From Priapulus caudatus (taxonomy: Eukaryota): a stretch of DNA of 32,823 nt. The stretch covers positions 115,689 through 148,511 of the forward strand of contig NW_014577083.1 in assembly GCF_000485595.1 (NCBI RefSeq), read 5' to 3'. The notes under the pieces are model-generated. The model saw only the letters and a list, made by a program, of their open reading frames with translations. It was not told where the DNA came from and searched no databases. Of the stretch, positions 11,450-23,798 are shown piece after piece (position 1 is the stretch's first letter; every line of letters begins with the position of its first letter). A program made the position numbers and the translations under genes.

Positions 11450-11911
11450 TTATATTATATTATGTGGAACATACTTCTACACAGGTTAGCCTTTGTGTTT
11501 GAAACGAATGCGTGCCTGAGCAGCTGGTAAAGAATTCCCGTGTTTCGGCGTGCTCGGCTCCTCTTACCTGACAGACAATTTATTCCACGTATCACGCGAC
11601 TGCTGCGTTCTTGCATGCACCCGCGCATCTCACTCACCTAGCATCTCGATGTTGTGTAAGCCTACGATTTAAACCTGCTAATTCTGCTTACGATGGCTAT
11701 ACGGGCGCTTACTGTATAAGTCATCGGTGTATACATCCTATGTGTGATGCGAGGATATTTATACCAGTAGCTACCGAGTGACAGCAAAATATGGAGAGGA
11801 GATCAGGCACATATTTGCATATTTTCATACCAAGATTAAAACTTGTGATTGGCGCATTTCTCGGAAACTATCGAGTTCCGCGAGTACTTAAAGTGTGATC
11901 CACCGCACGCC

Positions 11912-11914
11912 GTC

Positions 11915-11956
<42 letters not shown>

Positions 11957-12120
11957 ACTGCCGCTGCTGCTGCTGCTGCTGTTACTGCTGTTACTGCTGT
12001 TGCTGCTGTTGCTGCTGTTGCTGCTGTTGCTGCTGTTGCTGCTGTTGCTGCTGTTGCTGCTGCTGCTGCTTTTACTGCTGATGTTACTACTACTGCTGCT
12101 GCTGCTGTTACTGCTGATGT

Positions 12121-12152
<32 letters not shown>

Positions 12153-12179
12153 TTACTGCTGATGTTACTACTGCTGATG

Positions 12180-12216
<37 letters not shown>

Positions 12217-12343
12217 TGCTGTTGCTGTTACTGCTGCTGCTGCTGCTGCTGCTGCTGTTATACTGCTGATGTTACTACTACTGCTGCTGCTGCTGCTGCT
12301 GCGGCTGCTGCTGCTGCTGCTGTTACTGCTGATGTTACTGCTG

Positions 12344-12378
<35 letters not shown>

Positions 12379-12427
12379 ACTGCTGATGTTACTGCTGCTG
12401 CTGCTGCTGCTGCTGTTACTGCTGATG

Positions 12428-12471
<44 letters not shown>

Positions 12472-12763
12472 ACTGCTGATGTTACTGCTGCTGCTGCTGC
12501 TGGCCGCTGCTCGTGCTGCTGTACTGCTGATTTGTCTACTGGGCTAGCTAACTGCTGCTGCTCTGCTGTGCTGTTAGACTTCGCTGGATGTTACTGCTCT
12601 GGCTGTGCTGCTGCTGTTACTGTCACTGCTACTGCTGCTGCTGTGCTGTTGCTGCTGGTTGCTGTTACTGCTGCGGCTGCTGCTGTTTACTGCTGATGTT
12701 ACTACTACTGCTGCTGCTGCTGCTGCTGGCTGCTGCGCGCTGCTGCTGGCTGCTGGCTGCTGC
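11912..12763 (+). repeat. Compound (CTG)n trinucleotide tract with TTA/TTG/ATG interruptions
   Basis: About 850 bp of GCT triplets with recurring GTTACTGCTGATGTTACT modules, running into a gap. Confidence 0.95.
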
Positions 12764-13312
12764 NNNNNNNNNNNNNNNNNNNNNNNNNNNNNNNNNNNNN
12801 NNNNNNNNNNNNNNNNNNNNNNNNNNNNNNNNNNNNNNNNNNNNNNNNNNNNNNNNNNNNNNNNNNNNNNNNNNNNNNNNNNNNNNNNNNNNNNNNNNNN
12901 NNNNNNNNNNNNNNNNNNNNNNNNNNNNNNNNNNNNNNNNNNNNNNNNNNNNNNNNNNNNNNNNNNNNNNNNNNNNNNNNNNNNNNNNNNNNNNNNNNNN
13001 NNNNNNNNNNNNNNNNNNNNNNNNNNNNNNNNNNNNNNNNNNNNNNNNNNNNNNNNNNNNNNNNNNNNNNNNNNNNNNNNNNNNNNNNNNNNNNNNNNNN
13101 NNNNNNNNNNNNNNNNNNNNNNNNNNNNNNNNNNNNNNNNNNNNNNNNNNNNNNNNNNNNNNNNNNNNNNNNNNNNNNNNNNNNNNNNNNNNNNNNNNNN
13201 NNNNNNNNNNNNNNNNNNNNNNNNNNNNNNNNNNNNNNNNNNNNNNNNNNNNNNNNNNNNNNNNNNNNNNNNNNNNNNNNNNNNNNNNNNNNNNNNNNNN
13301 NNNNNNNNNNNN
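12764..13312. other. Assembly gap (others at 8433-8457, 14571-14580, 23799-23808)
   Basis: Runs of N. Confidence 1.
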
Positions 13313-13638
13313 AGTATTATCAAGAGCTAATAATACCTATTATTAGCTATATATTAGCTATTATTAGCTTTTGGTATTATCAGACTACGGTCCTGAGAAC
13401 ATATATATAGTTCTTCCTATATATAGCCCCTCGCTCAGTCAAATCGCGTTCATGGCGTGGGAGTGCACTTAATATATACTAGCACACACTTTCGCTTTAC
13501 CCCTTAGTCACGAACTTATTGCGTAGAATGCCTTGTAGCTGCTCTCTGCTTATTATACTCTCTCGTGCGGTATAGCCATTACGACGTTAATGTCGCTTCA
13601 TTATATATTGCCGTGACTGCGCCCGCCGAGCTTCCGTA

Positions 13639-13677
<39 letters not shown>

Positions 13678-14570
13678 AGTGAGAGATATGGAAACTTGGC
13701 GCGCGTCGGGAGTTCGTCAGCGACATCGCTCTCGCATTGATTACTGCTGCTGCTGCCGTGCAACGAGCAACCTCGTGGGTGTTGTACACACAGCAGCGGT
13801 GGCGGCAGCGGCACCACGGGGTAATAACAGTCTGCAGTCTGTGGTAATAACCTGCGTTGGCCGGCCATCGTCTATAGTTTCGGTCCACTCACTTATTGCA
13901 CGTGTACAAACTCATTAGGGTCCGGCCGTAGCGAATCGAGTGATTCTAGGCGTTCTCAAGTGAAAGTGCTGAGGATAATGTGTGAGTGTAAGCGTTAGTT
14001 ATCGTCTGTGAGTGTAAGTTTTTGGTTATCGTCTGTGAGTGTAAGCGTTGGTTATCCGTTGTGGGTGTAAGTGTTGGCTATAGTCTGTGAGTGTAAGCAT
14101 TGACTATCGTCTGCGTGTGTAAGTTTTGGCAATTATCTATGAGTGTAAGCGTTGGCTATCGTCTGTGAGTGTAAGCGTTGCCTATCGTATGTGAGTGTAA
14201 GTTTTGGCTATCGCCTGTGAGTGTAAGCGTTGGCTATCGCCTGTGAGTGTACGCGTTAGCTATTATATGTGAGTGTAAGCGTTGACTATCGGCTGTGAGT
14301 GTAAGTTTTGGCTATCACCTGTGAGTGTAAGCGTTGACTAGCGTCTGTGAGTGTAAGTTTTGGCTATCGTATGTGAGTGTAAGCGTTGACTATCGTCTGT
14401 GAGTTTAGCGTTGACTATCGTTTGTGAGTGTAAGTTTTGGCTATCGTAAGTGAGTGTAAGCGTTGACTATCGTCTGTGAGTGTAAGTGTTGACTATCGGC
14501 TGTGAGTGTAAGTTTTGGTTATCGTATGTGAGTGTAAGCGTTGACTATCGTCTGTGAGTGTAAGTGTTGA
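13313..14570 (+). repeat. Duplicate of the sequence starting at 14669 (offset 1356 bp), bounded by gaps
   Basis: Unique sequence and first satellite units are apparently identical; the ORF track repeats the same peptides at +1356. Confidence 0.93.
13982..14570 (+). repeat. 26-bp minisatellite, short copy (~22 units)
   Basis: Unit GTGAGTGTAAGCGTTGACTATCGTCT and variants. Confidence 0.95.
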
Positions 14571-14580
14571 NNNNNNNNNN

Positions 14581-14622
<42 letters not shown>

Positions 14623-14994
14623 CAGCTTGTAGTATTCTGTATGTTAGCATACAGACACTCGCTTTACCAGTATTATCAAGAGCTAATAATACCTATTATT
14701 AGCTATATATTAGCTATTATTAGCTTTTGGTATTATCAGACTACGGTCCTGAGAACATATATATAGTTCTTCCTATATATAGCCCCTCGCTCAGTCAAAT
14801 CGCGTTCATGGCGTGGGAGTGCACTTAATATATACTAGCACACACTTTCGCTTTACCCCTTAGTCACGAACTTATTGCGTAGAATGCCTTGTAGCTGCTC
14901 TCTGCTTATTATACTCTCTCGTGCGGTATAGCCATTACGACGTTAATGTCGCTTCATTATATATTGCCGTGACTGCGCCCGCCGAGCTTCCGTA

Positions 14995-15033
<39 letters not shown>

Positions 15034-15337
15034 AGTGAGAGATATGGAAACTTGGCGCGCGTCGGGAGTTCGTCAGCGACATCGCTCTCGCATTGATTAC
15101 TGCTGCTGCTGCCGTGCAACGAGCAACCTCGTGGGTGTTGTACACACAGCAGCGGTGGCGGCAGCGGCACCACGGGGTAATAACAGTCTGCAGTCTGTGG
15201 TAATAACCTGCGTTGGCCGGCCATCGTCTATAGTTTCGGTCCACTCACTTATTGCACGTGTACAAACTCATTAGGGTCCGGCCGTAGCGAATCGAGTGAT
15301 TCTAGGCGTTCTCAAGTGAAAGTGCTGAGGATAATGT

Positions 15338-17150
15338 GTGAGTGTAAGCGTTAGTTATCGTCTGTGAGTGTAAGTTTTTGGTTATCGTCTGTGAGTGTAA
15401 GCGTTGGTTATCCGTTGTGGGTGTAAGTGTTGGCTATAGTCTGTGAGTGTAAGCATTGACTATCGTCTGCGTGTGTAAGTTTTGGCAATTATCTATGAGT
15501 GTAAGCGTTGGCTATCGTCTGTGAGTGTAAGCGTTGCCTATCGTATGTGAGTGTAAGTTTTGGCTATCGCCTGTGAGTGTAAGCGTTGGCTATCGCCTGT
15601 GAGTGTACGCGTTAGCTATTATATGTGAGTGTAAGCGTTGACTATCGGCTGTGAGTGTAAGTTTTGGCTATCACCTGTGAGTGTAAGCGTTGACTAGCGT
15701 CTGTGAGTGTAAGTTTTGGCTATCGTATGTGAGTGTAAGCGTTGACTATCGTCTGTGAGTGTAAGTGTTGGCTATCGCCTGTGAGTGTAAGCGTTGACTA
15801 TCGTTTGTGAGTGTAAGTTTTGGCTATCGTATGTGAGTGTAAGCATTGACTATCGTCTGTGAGTGTAAGTGTTGACTATCGTCTGTGAGTGTAAGCGTTG
15901 ACTATCGTCTGTGAGTGTAAGTTTTGGTTATCGCCTGTGAGTGTAAGCGTTGACTGTCGTCTGTGAGTGTAAGTTTTGGCTATCGTCTGTGAGTGTAAGC
16001 GTTGACTAGCATCTGTGAGTGTAAGTTTTGGCTATCGTATGTGAGTGTAAGCATTGACTATCGTCTGTGAGTGTAAGCGTTGGCTATCGCATGTGAGTGG
16101 AAGCGTTAGCTATCATATGTGAGTGTAAGTTTTGGCTATCACCTGTGAGTGTAAGCGTTGACTAGCGTCTGTGAGTGTAAGTTTTGGCTATCGTATGTGA
16201 GTGTAAGCGTTGACTATCGTCTGTGAGTGTAAGCGTTGGCTATCGCCTGTGAGTGTAAGCGTTGACTATCGTTTGTGAGTGTAAGTTTTGGCTATCGTAA
16301 GTGAGTGTAAGCGTTGACTATCGTTTGTGAGTGTAAGCGTTGACTATCGCCTGTGAGTGTAAGCGTTGACTATCGTTTGTGAGTGTAAGTTTTGGCTATC
16401 GTATGTGAGTGTAAGTGTTGACTATCGTCTGTGAGTGTAAGTGTTGACTATCGTCTGTGAGTGTAAGCATTGGCTATCACCTGTGAGTGTAAGCGTTGAC
16501 TATCGTTTGTGAGTGTAAGTTTTGGCTATCGTAAGTGAGTGTAAGTGTTGACTATCGTCTGTGAGTGTAAGCGTTGACTATCGTCTGTGAGTGCAAGCGT
16601 TGACTATCGTCTGTGAGTGTAAGTTTTGGTTATCGCCTGTAAGTGTAAGCGTTGACTGTCGTCTGTGAGTGTAAGTTTTGGCTATCGTCTGTGAGTGTAA
16701 GCGTAGACTAGCGTCTGTGAGTGTAAGTTTTGGTTATCACCTGTAAGTGTAAGCGTTGACTGTCGTCTGTGAGTGTAAGTTTTGGCTATCGTCTGTGAGT
16801 GTAAGCGTTGACTAGCGTCTGTGAGTGTAAGTTTTGGCTATCGTATGTGAGTGTAAGCGTTGACTATCGTCTGTGAGTGTAAGCATTGGCTATCGCATGT
16901 GAGTGTAAGCGTTGACTATCGTCTGTGAGTTTAGCGTTGACTATCGTTTGTGAGTGTAAGTTTTGGCTATCGTAAGTGAGTGTAAGCGTTGACTATCGTC
17001 TGTGAGTGTAAGTGTTGACTATCGGCTGTGAGTGTAAGTTTTGGTTATCGTATGTGAGTGTAAGCGTTGACTATCGTCTGTGAGTGTAAGCGTTGACTAT
17101 CGGCTGTGAGTGTAAGTTTTGGTTACCGACCGTGAGTGCAGGCGTTGGCT
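15338..17150 (+). repeat. 26-bp minisatellite, ~70 units
   Basis: Unit GTGAGTGTAAG(CG/TT/TG/CA)TTG(A/G)CTATCG(TC/TA/CC/TT)T, with more degenerate units at both edges. Confidence 0.97.
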
Positions 17151-18281
17151 CCCTAAACATCTGTGGGGAGACGGCATCCCAGTAACCTAGCAGTCTAACA
17201 ATCGACGAGTGTTATACGTACTCCGCTTAGTTTAATCACGACATGAACGACGCGTTTTTTTAATTATGGGAGGTTACAAATTGATACACCCTTCAGATCT
17301 CCGATGATAGGAGCTTCACAACGATTCCCGTGAGAATTAGAGGCTAGAGCTTACCACAGCGTCGATATTCTTATCAGGGGAGGTTACAGCTTCACACATC
17401 CTCAGCTGATCTTCGGACACACACACACTCCATGACGATGGAATGTTACGTCGGGATTCAGACGGTTATAGCTTTACATAGCCTGCCGCGAGCATCGAAT
17501 CTTACAGTTCTTTATCCCCCCCCCCCGCGCGATTAAGGGAGGTTACATTGAGGCTTCAAGTACATTTCTCCTGATTGCGGGACAAACTTTTCTTGTCAGC
17601 ACAAGCGCTATATGAAAAAATTTGCATTATGCAAAGTGAGAATATAAATGGGCGGTAAGAGATGTCGCTTACGTTTAATTTAATTGGTAATGATTTAATT
17701 GAACAGATAAATACATATGTACGCGCGTGCGTTCGTAAATGGGTGCGCGCTAGAGTTTCTGTAGTTAAACTTGCGTTACAGTCGTTCCTAGAAAACAGCT
17801 AGCTGTCCATGAACGCCCTTGTGGGAATTTCTTTGAATATATGTATGTACGTATATATACATGAATCAACAGCTGGAACAATCGACACAACGCATAGTAC
17901 TTGGCCATGGAGTGTTTATAATAAACTGTGATGAATGCTTAAATCATGAATGCTCGTAATTACGTTTAAACAATCACCGCCGCCTGTAGACCCACTAAAT
18001 ACTAAATAGTGTTGCGCGTGGCAAATGTTTGCAGCGACTGTACGTGAGCCGCGCGCACGCGCACGGGGAGCTATTGATTATCACGTTTTCCACAATACGG
18101 GCAGTGTGTGCTAATACAATAAAAGGTTTGAAAGTACCGCCTCGCGAGGCCCATTTTCTCCATATTTATACATACGGAAAATTGAATTGAATAATTAATC
18201 GTTGGCCTTACGACAGTTGTCATGCCGGCGTTGACAACGACAAGGGCACGACTAATTAATAGCATAATAAAACACTCCGAA

Positions 18282-18452
18282 AAGAGGGAAAGAGTGAAAG
18301 AGAGAGAGAGAGAGGCAGAGTGAAGGAGAGGAGGAGAGAGAGTGAAAGAGAGAGAGAGAGAGAGCAGAGTGAAGGAGAGAGAGAGAGAGTGAAGGAGAGG
18401 AGAGAGAGAGTGAAAGCAGAGGAGGAGAGAGACCGAGAGAGAGGGGAGAGAG

Positions 18453-18485
<33 letters not shown>

Positions 18486-18609
18486 GAAGGAGAGGAGGAG
18501 AGAGAGTAAACGAGAGAGAGAGAGATATATAGAGAGGGAGAGGAGGAGAGAAAGTGAAAGAGAGAGAGAGCGAGAGAGTGAAAGAGAAAGGCGAGAGAAA
18601 GAGAGCAGA

Positions 18610-18664
<55 letters not shown>

Positions 18665-19167
18665 TAAGGGAAGAGAGGAGAGAGGACAGTGGAAAGAGAG
18701 AGGAGAGAGAAGAGAGAAGAGGAGCAGAGCAGAGGACGGTGAGGGGAGAAGGGGAGAGAGAGTGAAAAGAGAGAGAGATATAATATAGAGAGAGAGGGAG
18801 AAGGAGAGAGAGAGTGGAAGAGAGAGAGCAGATAAGAGGGAAAGAGAGAGAGTAGAGAGGAGAGAGAGAGATAGAGAAGGAGAAGAGGAGAGAGGAGTAA
18901 AAGAGAGAAGAGAGAGACGAGAGAGAGAAAGAAAGAAGACAGAATGAGGGAGGGAGGGAGAGAGTGAAAGAGAGAGATGGGAGAGACAGAGTGAGGAGAG
19001 GAGGGAGAGAGGTGAAAGAGAGAGAGAGAGAGAGAGAGAGCAAGGTAAAGAGAGAGGAGGAGAGAGGGGAGAGCGAGAGAGAGAGAGACAGGACAGAGAG
19101 AGTGTGTGTGAAAGAAAGGCGGGATGGAGATAGAGAGAGGCAGGGGGAGAGAGAGAGAGAAAGAGAA

Positions 19168-19221
<54 letters not shown>
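18282..19221 (+). repeat. (GA)n polypurine tract, ~940 bp
   Basis: GA dinucleotide with recurring GTGAAAG/GTGAAGG interruptions. Confidence 0.95.
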
Positions 19222-20046
19222 TTACCTGTCGCACAATGCATTTCATTCGAATATCGTCAGTCCTTCCACTGCGCACATACAAGAACGTACATGGATGACA
19301 CGAAGATTCTCGAACGCGATTATACGATCGACTATCGCTCCGCATAAAAACACTGCACATCGCAACGTCTCTAAATAATTTAACGGTCGTAGACAATGAT
19401 ATTGTTTGTTTCGTATAGAACAGCTTCAATGATAGCTATATGATATAAACGGTTATAGGGTACTTTTCTGCATCTCGCATGAGAGCGCTAGATGTAGATA
19501 TGTCAATTATATCACGTAATTTTGCTATACGTTATATATCAACTTATTTCTATCGTAACATGACGTACCCTACAAAGATAATCAAGGACAAGAGGTAGCG
19601 TGGACAGTTAGCAGGTAAGAAGTCTCTATGAATGGACTGGCATACTAAATAATGCATATATCAACCGCGTACATAAAATATTAATCATCAGCCTCAAAAG
19701 ACAACGCAAAGAAAACGTGCCCACGGGTGAGAGAATGTTTTTTGGGTGAAGCGGCAATTGGGGAGGCGCGCTTAACGTACGGTAAGGTGAGACTTGTAGA
19801 ATACTGTTTTCGATGACTCCTTATATATTTACGCCCGAAATTCAAAATTCGACATCAATTCAATTCTAAATTATTGCAATGTCATTGCGATAACCGAAGC
19901 CTGCGACGAACGCAGATGAAGTTATGTTACTGTTTCACGGGAATGCATCCCTGGTGCGTTGCAAGCCGATGGCAGCTGTGCCGTCAGGCGCCACCTAGCA
20001 ACCCCGCAGTCACTATAACATAGTGCCTCGCAGCAGGCACGCAACA

Positions 20047-20203
20047 TGTTCTGCTTGCATCTATGACAAATACGACATACGCATATACGCTCTCCTATGA
20101 CACTATTTGTCATTAAAAAAATCTTCCTATGACAAATAGTGTCATAGGAGAGCTTATAATTTATGCGTATGTCGTATTATTTGTCATAGATGCTAGCAGA
20201 ACA
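20047..20203. mobile_element. Palindromic MITE, internally deleted copy
   Basis: TGTTCTGCTTGCATCTATGACAAATACGACATACGCATA... pairs with ...TATGCGTATGTCGTA..TTTGTCATAGATGCTAGCAGAACA. Same family as 31968-32250. Confidence 0.85.
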
Positions 20204-20587
20204 GGCACCAGCACACTACGCAGAAACGTAATCACAAAAGCGTTTGGGAAGTTTATCCTGGCTTTAGGTTTCTAGTGCATCATAGGACCTCATAAACAAC
20301 GTCTGCTTCTTTGATTTCTGGGTTTTCCTTAGGTTTTAACGGTATCATATCTTGGACCGGACTACTCTGAAAGCAGCTGGCCATACATTAACCCACGGTC
20401 CAATTTCTGCCAAGCAAAGAACGGATAGTTACACGAGACTAACTAACTACACTAAAAAGGCTATTATACTTGCTGTTTAAGCCGATTACACTTACACGTT
20501 AACCCTTTCATGCATGGGACAGTTTTTCCTGCATAAAACGACAAGAAATCCCTCTCACTATCCTTAATTATCCCATACACAACCACC

Positions 20588-20588
<1 letters not shown>

Positions 20589-20652
<64 letters not shown>

Positions 20653-20709
20653 ACACACACGCACGAACGCACGCACGCACGCACGAACGCACGCACGCAC
20701 ACACACACA
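20589..20709 (+). repeat. (TA)n followed by (CACG)n/(CA)n microsatellites
   Basis: Direct reading. Confidence 0.9.
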
Positions 20710-21636
20710 TCTTGCCAACGGCGGCTCAGCTGGCCCACCCTCAGGCCTTGTCTCACGGGCATAGATCATTAGGTGATAAAGATGCGCAATTAAGTCTCAG
20801 TACCACAACAAGACGAAAGCCTGTAGTAAATCTCAGGAGGCTGAAGGTTTTGTATTCCATCGCAGTTCCTCTACTTCATGCCACATTGATAGATTATAGA
20901 GTGAATAGATTTAAATCTACAGATGAATGACGTTAGCATGTCCACGGCATCCGTTCACAGCAAAGTCTACCGATCCGCAGCTAGGAAGACATCTTATAAC
21001 GCATGTTTCTAGCCATGCACAGCATTTCTGTGATTTATCGTCACCCGTTATAGAGATACTATGCGATAGAGCGACATCATGTTTTGCTGACGTCCTAATT
21101 GAACCCTATGATCAGATCTCGGCACGTGACCCCGCAATAATTGGCGCTTGCCTTCCTGCACTAATTAACCAAAACTCACGCCTTACGGAGAAATTATAGT
21201 TCTAGCTCCAAGCAAGACGCCCATCTTTTCACAACTCACAACTAGGGATATGACGGGACAGTTGCAGAGGTTGTTACCTGACAAATAGTCCTTGTTAGAC
21301 GAACAACCTAAATGCGGTATGATGACATTTCCGATCTATGACGTCAATGATGTCTCGGGTCCAACGACATTAACATCTAGGTAAAATTAACTTGTAGTAT
21401 TTTTAGACTAACCATGGTCTGCCTATAACCAGTGCTGCGAAATCGCATTGTGAAATCAAGCTTCTTGCTTGCGAGAGTAAATAAGAATAGTCATGTTTTT
21501 TTTATTGCGGGCTATAATTTTGGAAACAGCTCATGGTACTGAACGTGCGTTTACTGCCTTTCTCAGTAGGATATCACACAACGCCCGTGCCATCAGTGCC
21601 ATCAGTGATGGGTATCAGCCATCAGTGTGACAGCGT

Positions 21637-21716
21637 GCCTATGTCTATGCCTATGCCCCAGCAATGCCCATGCCTATGCCTATGCCTATGCCTATGCCTA
21701 TGCCTATGCCTATGCA
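21637..21716 (+). repeat. (GCCTAT)n hexamer microsatellite
   Basis: Direct reading. Confidence 0.9.
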
Positions 21717-22625
21717 TATGCGTATACGTGCGTCTAACTTTTGCTGCTGCCGTGACCACATTATCTCCGCAAAATGGTATTTACACCGTGAGAAAATATA
21801 ATTAAAGTGCACGAAGATGTAAAGTTGGACCGACTGACGCACACGTGCGCAAAAATATGCAAGAAGTTGTTTTTTTTATCACGTGCGTTTTGAAAAATGT
21901 ATTCGGGAATTTCCCTTGCGATACCTTCTGCATTCTCTCTGCGCGTTAGGATCTGCAACAATTCGATTACACAGGCTCATGGGATAAAACAAGAATTCCG
22001 CATCAGGACTGTAGTTTGAGATATCGTCCTCGTAAAAGATGCAGAATTTATAGGCGAGGCGAGCAACCTCGCCTCGCGTCTCTTACGAAGCGGAAAGAAA
22101 ACACATTGGCCTTGATTGAATTGCGAAAGAAAAATGGCAGATGAACTTTGTACCTACTCTCTCAAACATCGCGTAAGTTTATTATAAATATGAGCAGGGT
22201 TGTTCGAATTTCGAGAGTTGGTGAACTTTAAACGCTCTCAAATATCGCCTATGTCTACATTAGCTTCTGCTATTCGGGCGGATATTGGCTGAGAACAATT
22301 TGTTAACCGTGACGGGCAGCATTTAAAACCGACATCCCTTCCATATAGTTAAGCCGCTTTGCTTGGGACTCTGTTCATGGTAGTTTCCTCTCTATATGTA
22401 GTTAGGAAACCTATGTTATCTGTGACAATACGTCGACATCCGTGTCACCCTACCGATAATTGCTTACATCTATACGTAGCGCATTACTATCTCTAACCTC
22501 CAGCAGGACTACGGAGTACTGCCGTTACAGCTATGTGCGGTAAGTGTTTTAACAGACTAGTTCGCTCTGCGTTATATTAGTGTTGCAGCGCTATACTTGT
22601 AGAATACCATACTAGTGCAGCTGAG

Positions 22626-22921
22626 AGGGTCTATGTCCCCCGGGGTACTGCCGGAACGTACCCTGGGTACGGTCCGGTATACCGGAACGTACACTGGTAC
22701 TATCTAATATGACGAACCGTACCTCGCCTACTCCACTAATGAGTCTAGGGAGTCGCCTACGCCTACTCCCTAACCCGAACCCGAACCCTAACCCTAATCC
22801 TAACCCTAACCCTAACCCTAACCCTAACCATATTAAATAGTGACCAGGGTACGTTCTGGTATACCGGACCGTACCCAGAGTACGTTCCGGCAGTACCCTG
22901 GGGGACATAGACCCTATGAGC
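22626..22921. mobile_element. MITE-like element with ~86-bp inverted repeats enclosing a telomeric tract
   Basis: The left arm 22626-22711 (AGGGTCTATGTCCCCC...CTAATATG) pairs with the right arm 22829-22915. The interior has a CGCCTAC module and about 10 CCCTAA/CCCGAA units. A second copy lies at 26566-26790. Confidence 0.88.
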
Positions 22922-22928
22922 ACTAGGG

Positions 22929-23320
22929 CAGAGGTCCCAAGTTGGGAAACTCCAAAAAAGGGATCACTTGTGATAATGGTCCATCGCCGTTTTTTCGCGG
23001 TGCGCAAAAACAGGAAAAAAGTTGTGGCGGGCTGCGAAATGTGTTTGTCGCGGCGCACCACCATTTTTTATAAAGTATACATGTAAAATAAGATGCAAAT
23101 TTATCGTAAAAACAAAAGTGTTTGACATTTGTGGCCTTTATTGTTCGCCGGAATCAAAGTACATCAACAACTACGGCAAATTTAGTAATTTACTGATATA
23201 AATTTTAAAATATGGCTGAAAAATGTTACGACCGGGACTTTCTAGACTCTTAACGGGACACCGGGACCAGCATGTCGCACCGGGACGATCCAGATGAGAC
23301 CGGGACACTTGGGACGTCTG
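22929..23320. mobile_element. Probable hAT-like MITE
   Basis: Termini CAGAGGTCCCAAGT / ACTTGGGACGTCTG form a 14-bp IR with 1 mismatch, and there are clustered subterminal CCGGGAC motifs as seen in hAT elements. No clean 8-bp TSD. Confidence 0.55.
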
Positions 23321-23336
23321 CTAGTGTCACGTGTAC

Positions 23337-23798
23337 ATTATTGGTTAGAACACCGCTTTATTTGCTAGCACACTGAATTATTGGTTAGAGCACCGCTCTA
23401 GTAACTATAGCACACCGAATAATTGGTCAGAACACCGCTTTAGTAGCTAGCACACTGAATTATTGGTTAGAGCACCGCTCTAGTAACTATAGCACACCGA
23501 ATAATTGGTCAGAACACCGCTTTAGTAGCTAGCACACTGAATTATTGGTTAGAGCACCGCTCTAGTAACTATAGCACACCGAATAATTGGTCAGAACACC
23601 GCTTTAGTAGCTAGCACACTGAATTATTGGTTAGAGCACCGCTCTAGTAACTATAGCACACCGAATAATTGGTCAGAACACCGCTTTAGTAGCTAGCACA
23701 CTGAATTATTGGTTAGAGCACCGCTCTAGTAACTATAGCACACCGAATAATTGGTCAGAACACCGCTTTAGTAGCTAGCACACCGAATTATTGGTTAG
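23337..23798 (+). repeat. 82-bp higher-order tandem repeat (42+40 bp monomers), ~5.5 copies
   Basis: TTGGTTAGAGCACCGCTCTAGTAACTATAGCACACCGAATAA alternates with TTGGTCAGAACACCGCTTTAGTAGCTAGCACACTGAATTA, ending at a gap. Confidence 0.95.

Noticed and set aside
11849..12547. 232-aa poly-Ala/poly-Leu ORF and overlapping ORFs
   Set aside because: Translation of a CTG microsatellite, with no domain or splice support.
12574..13346. ORFs spanning N runs (also 29801-30865)
   Set aside because: Artefacts of translating assembly gaps.
15338..17150. CRISPR-like array (constant core plus variable part)
   Set aside because: The variable parts are point variants of one 26-bp unit rather than unique spacers; no cas genes; eukaryotic intron.
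18071..19429. 452-aa Ser/Leu-rich ORF (minus) and Glu/Arg ORFs (plus)
   Set aside because: Products of the (GA)n tract.
23337..23798. Second CRISPR-like array
   Set aside because: Alternating related monomers with no unique spacers.
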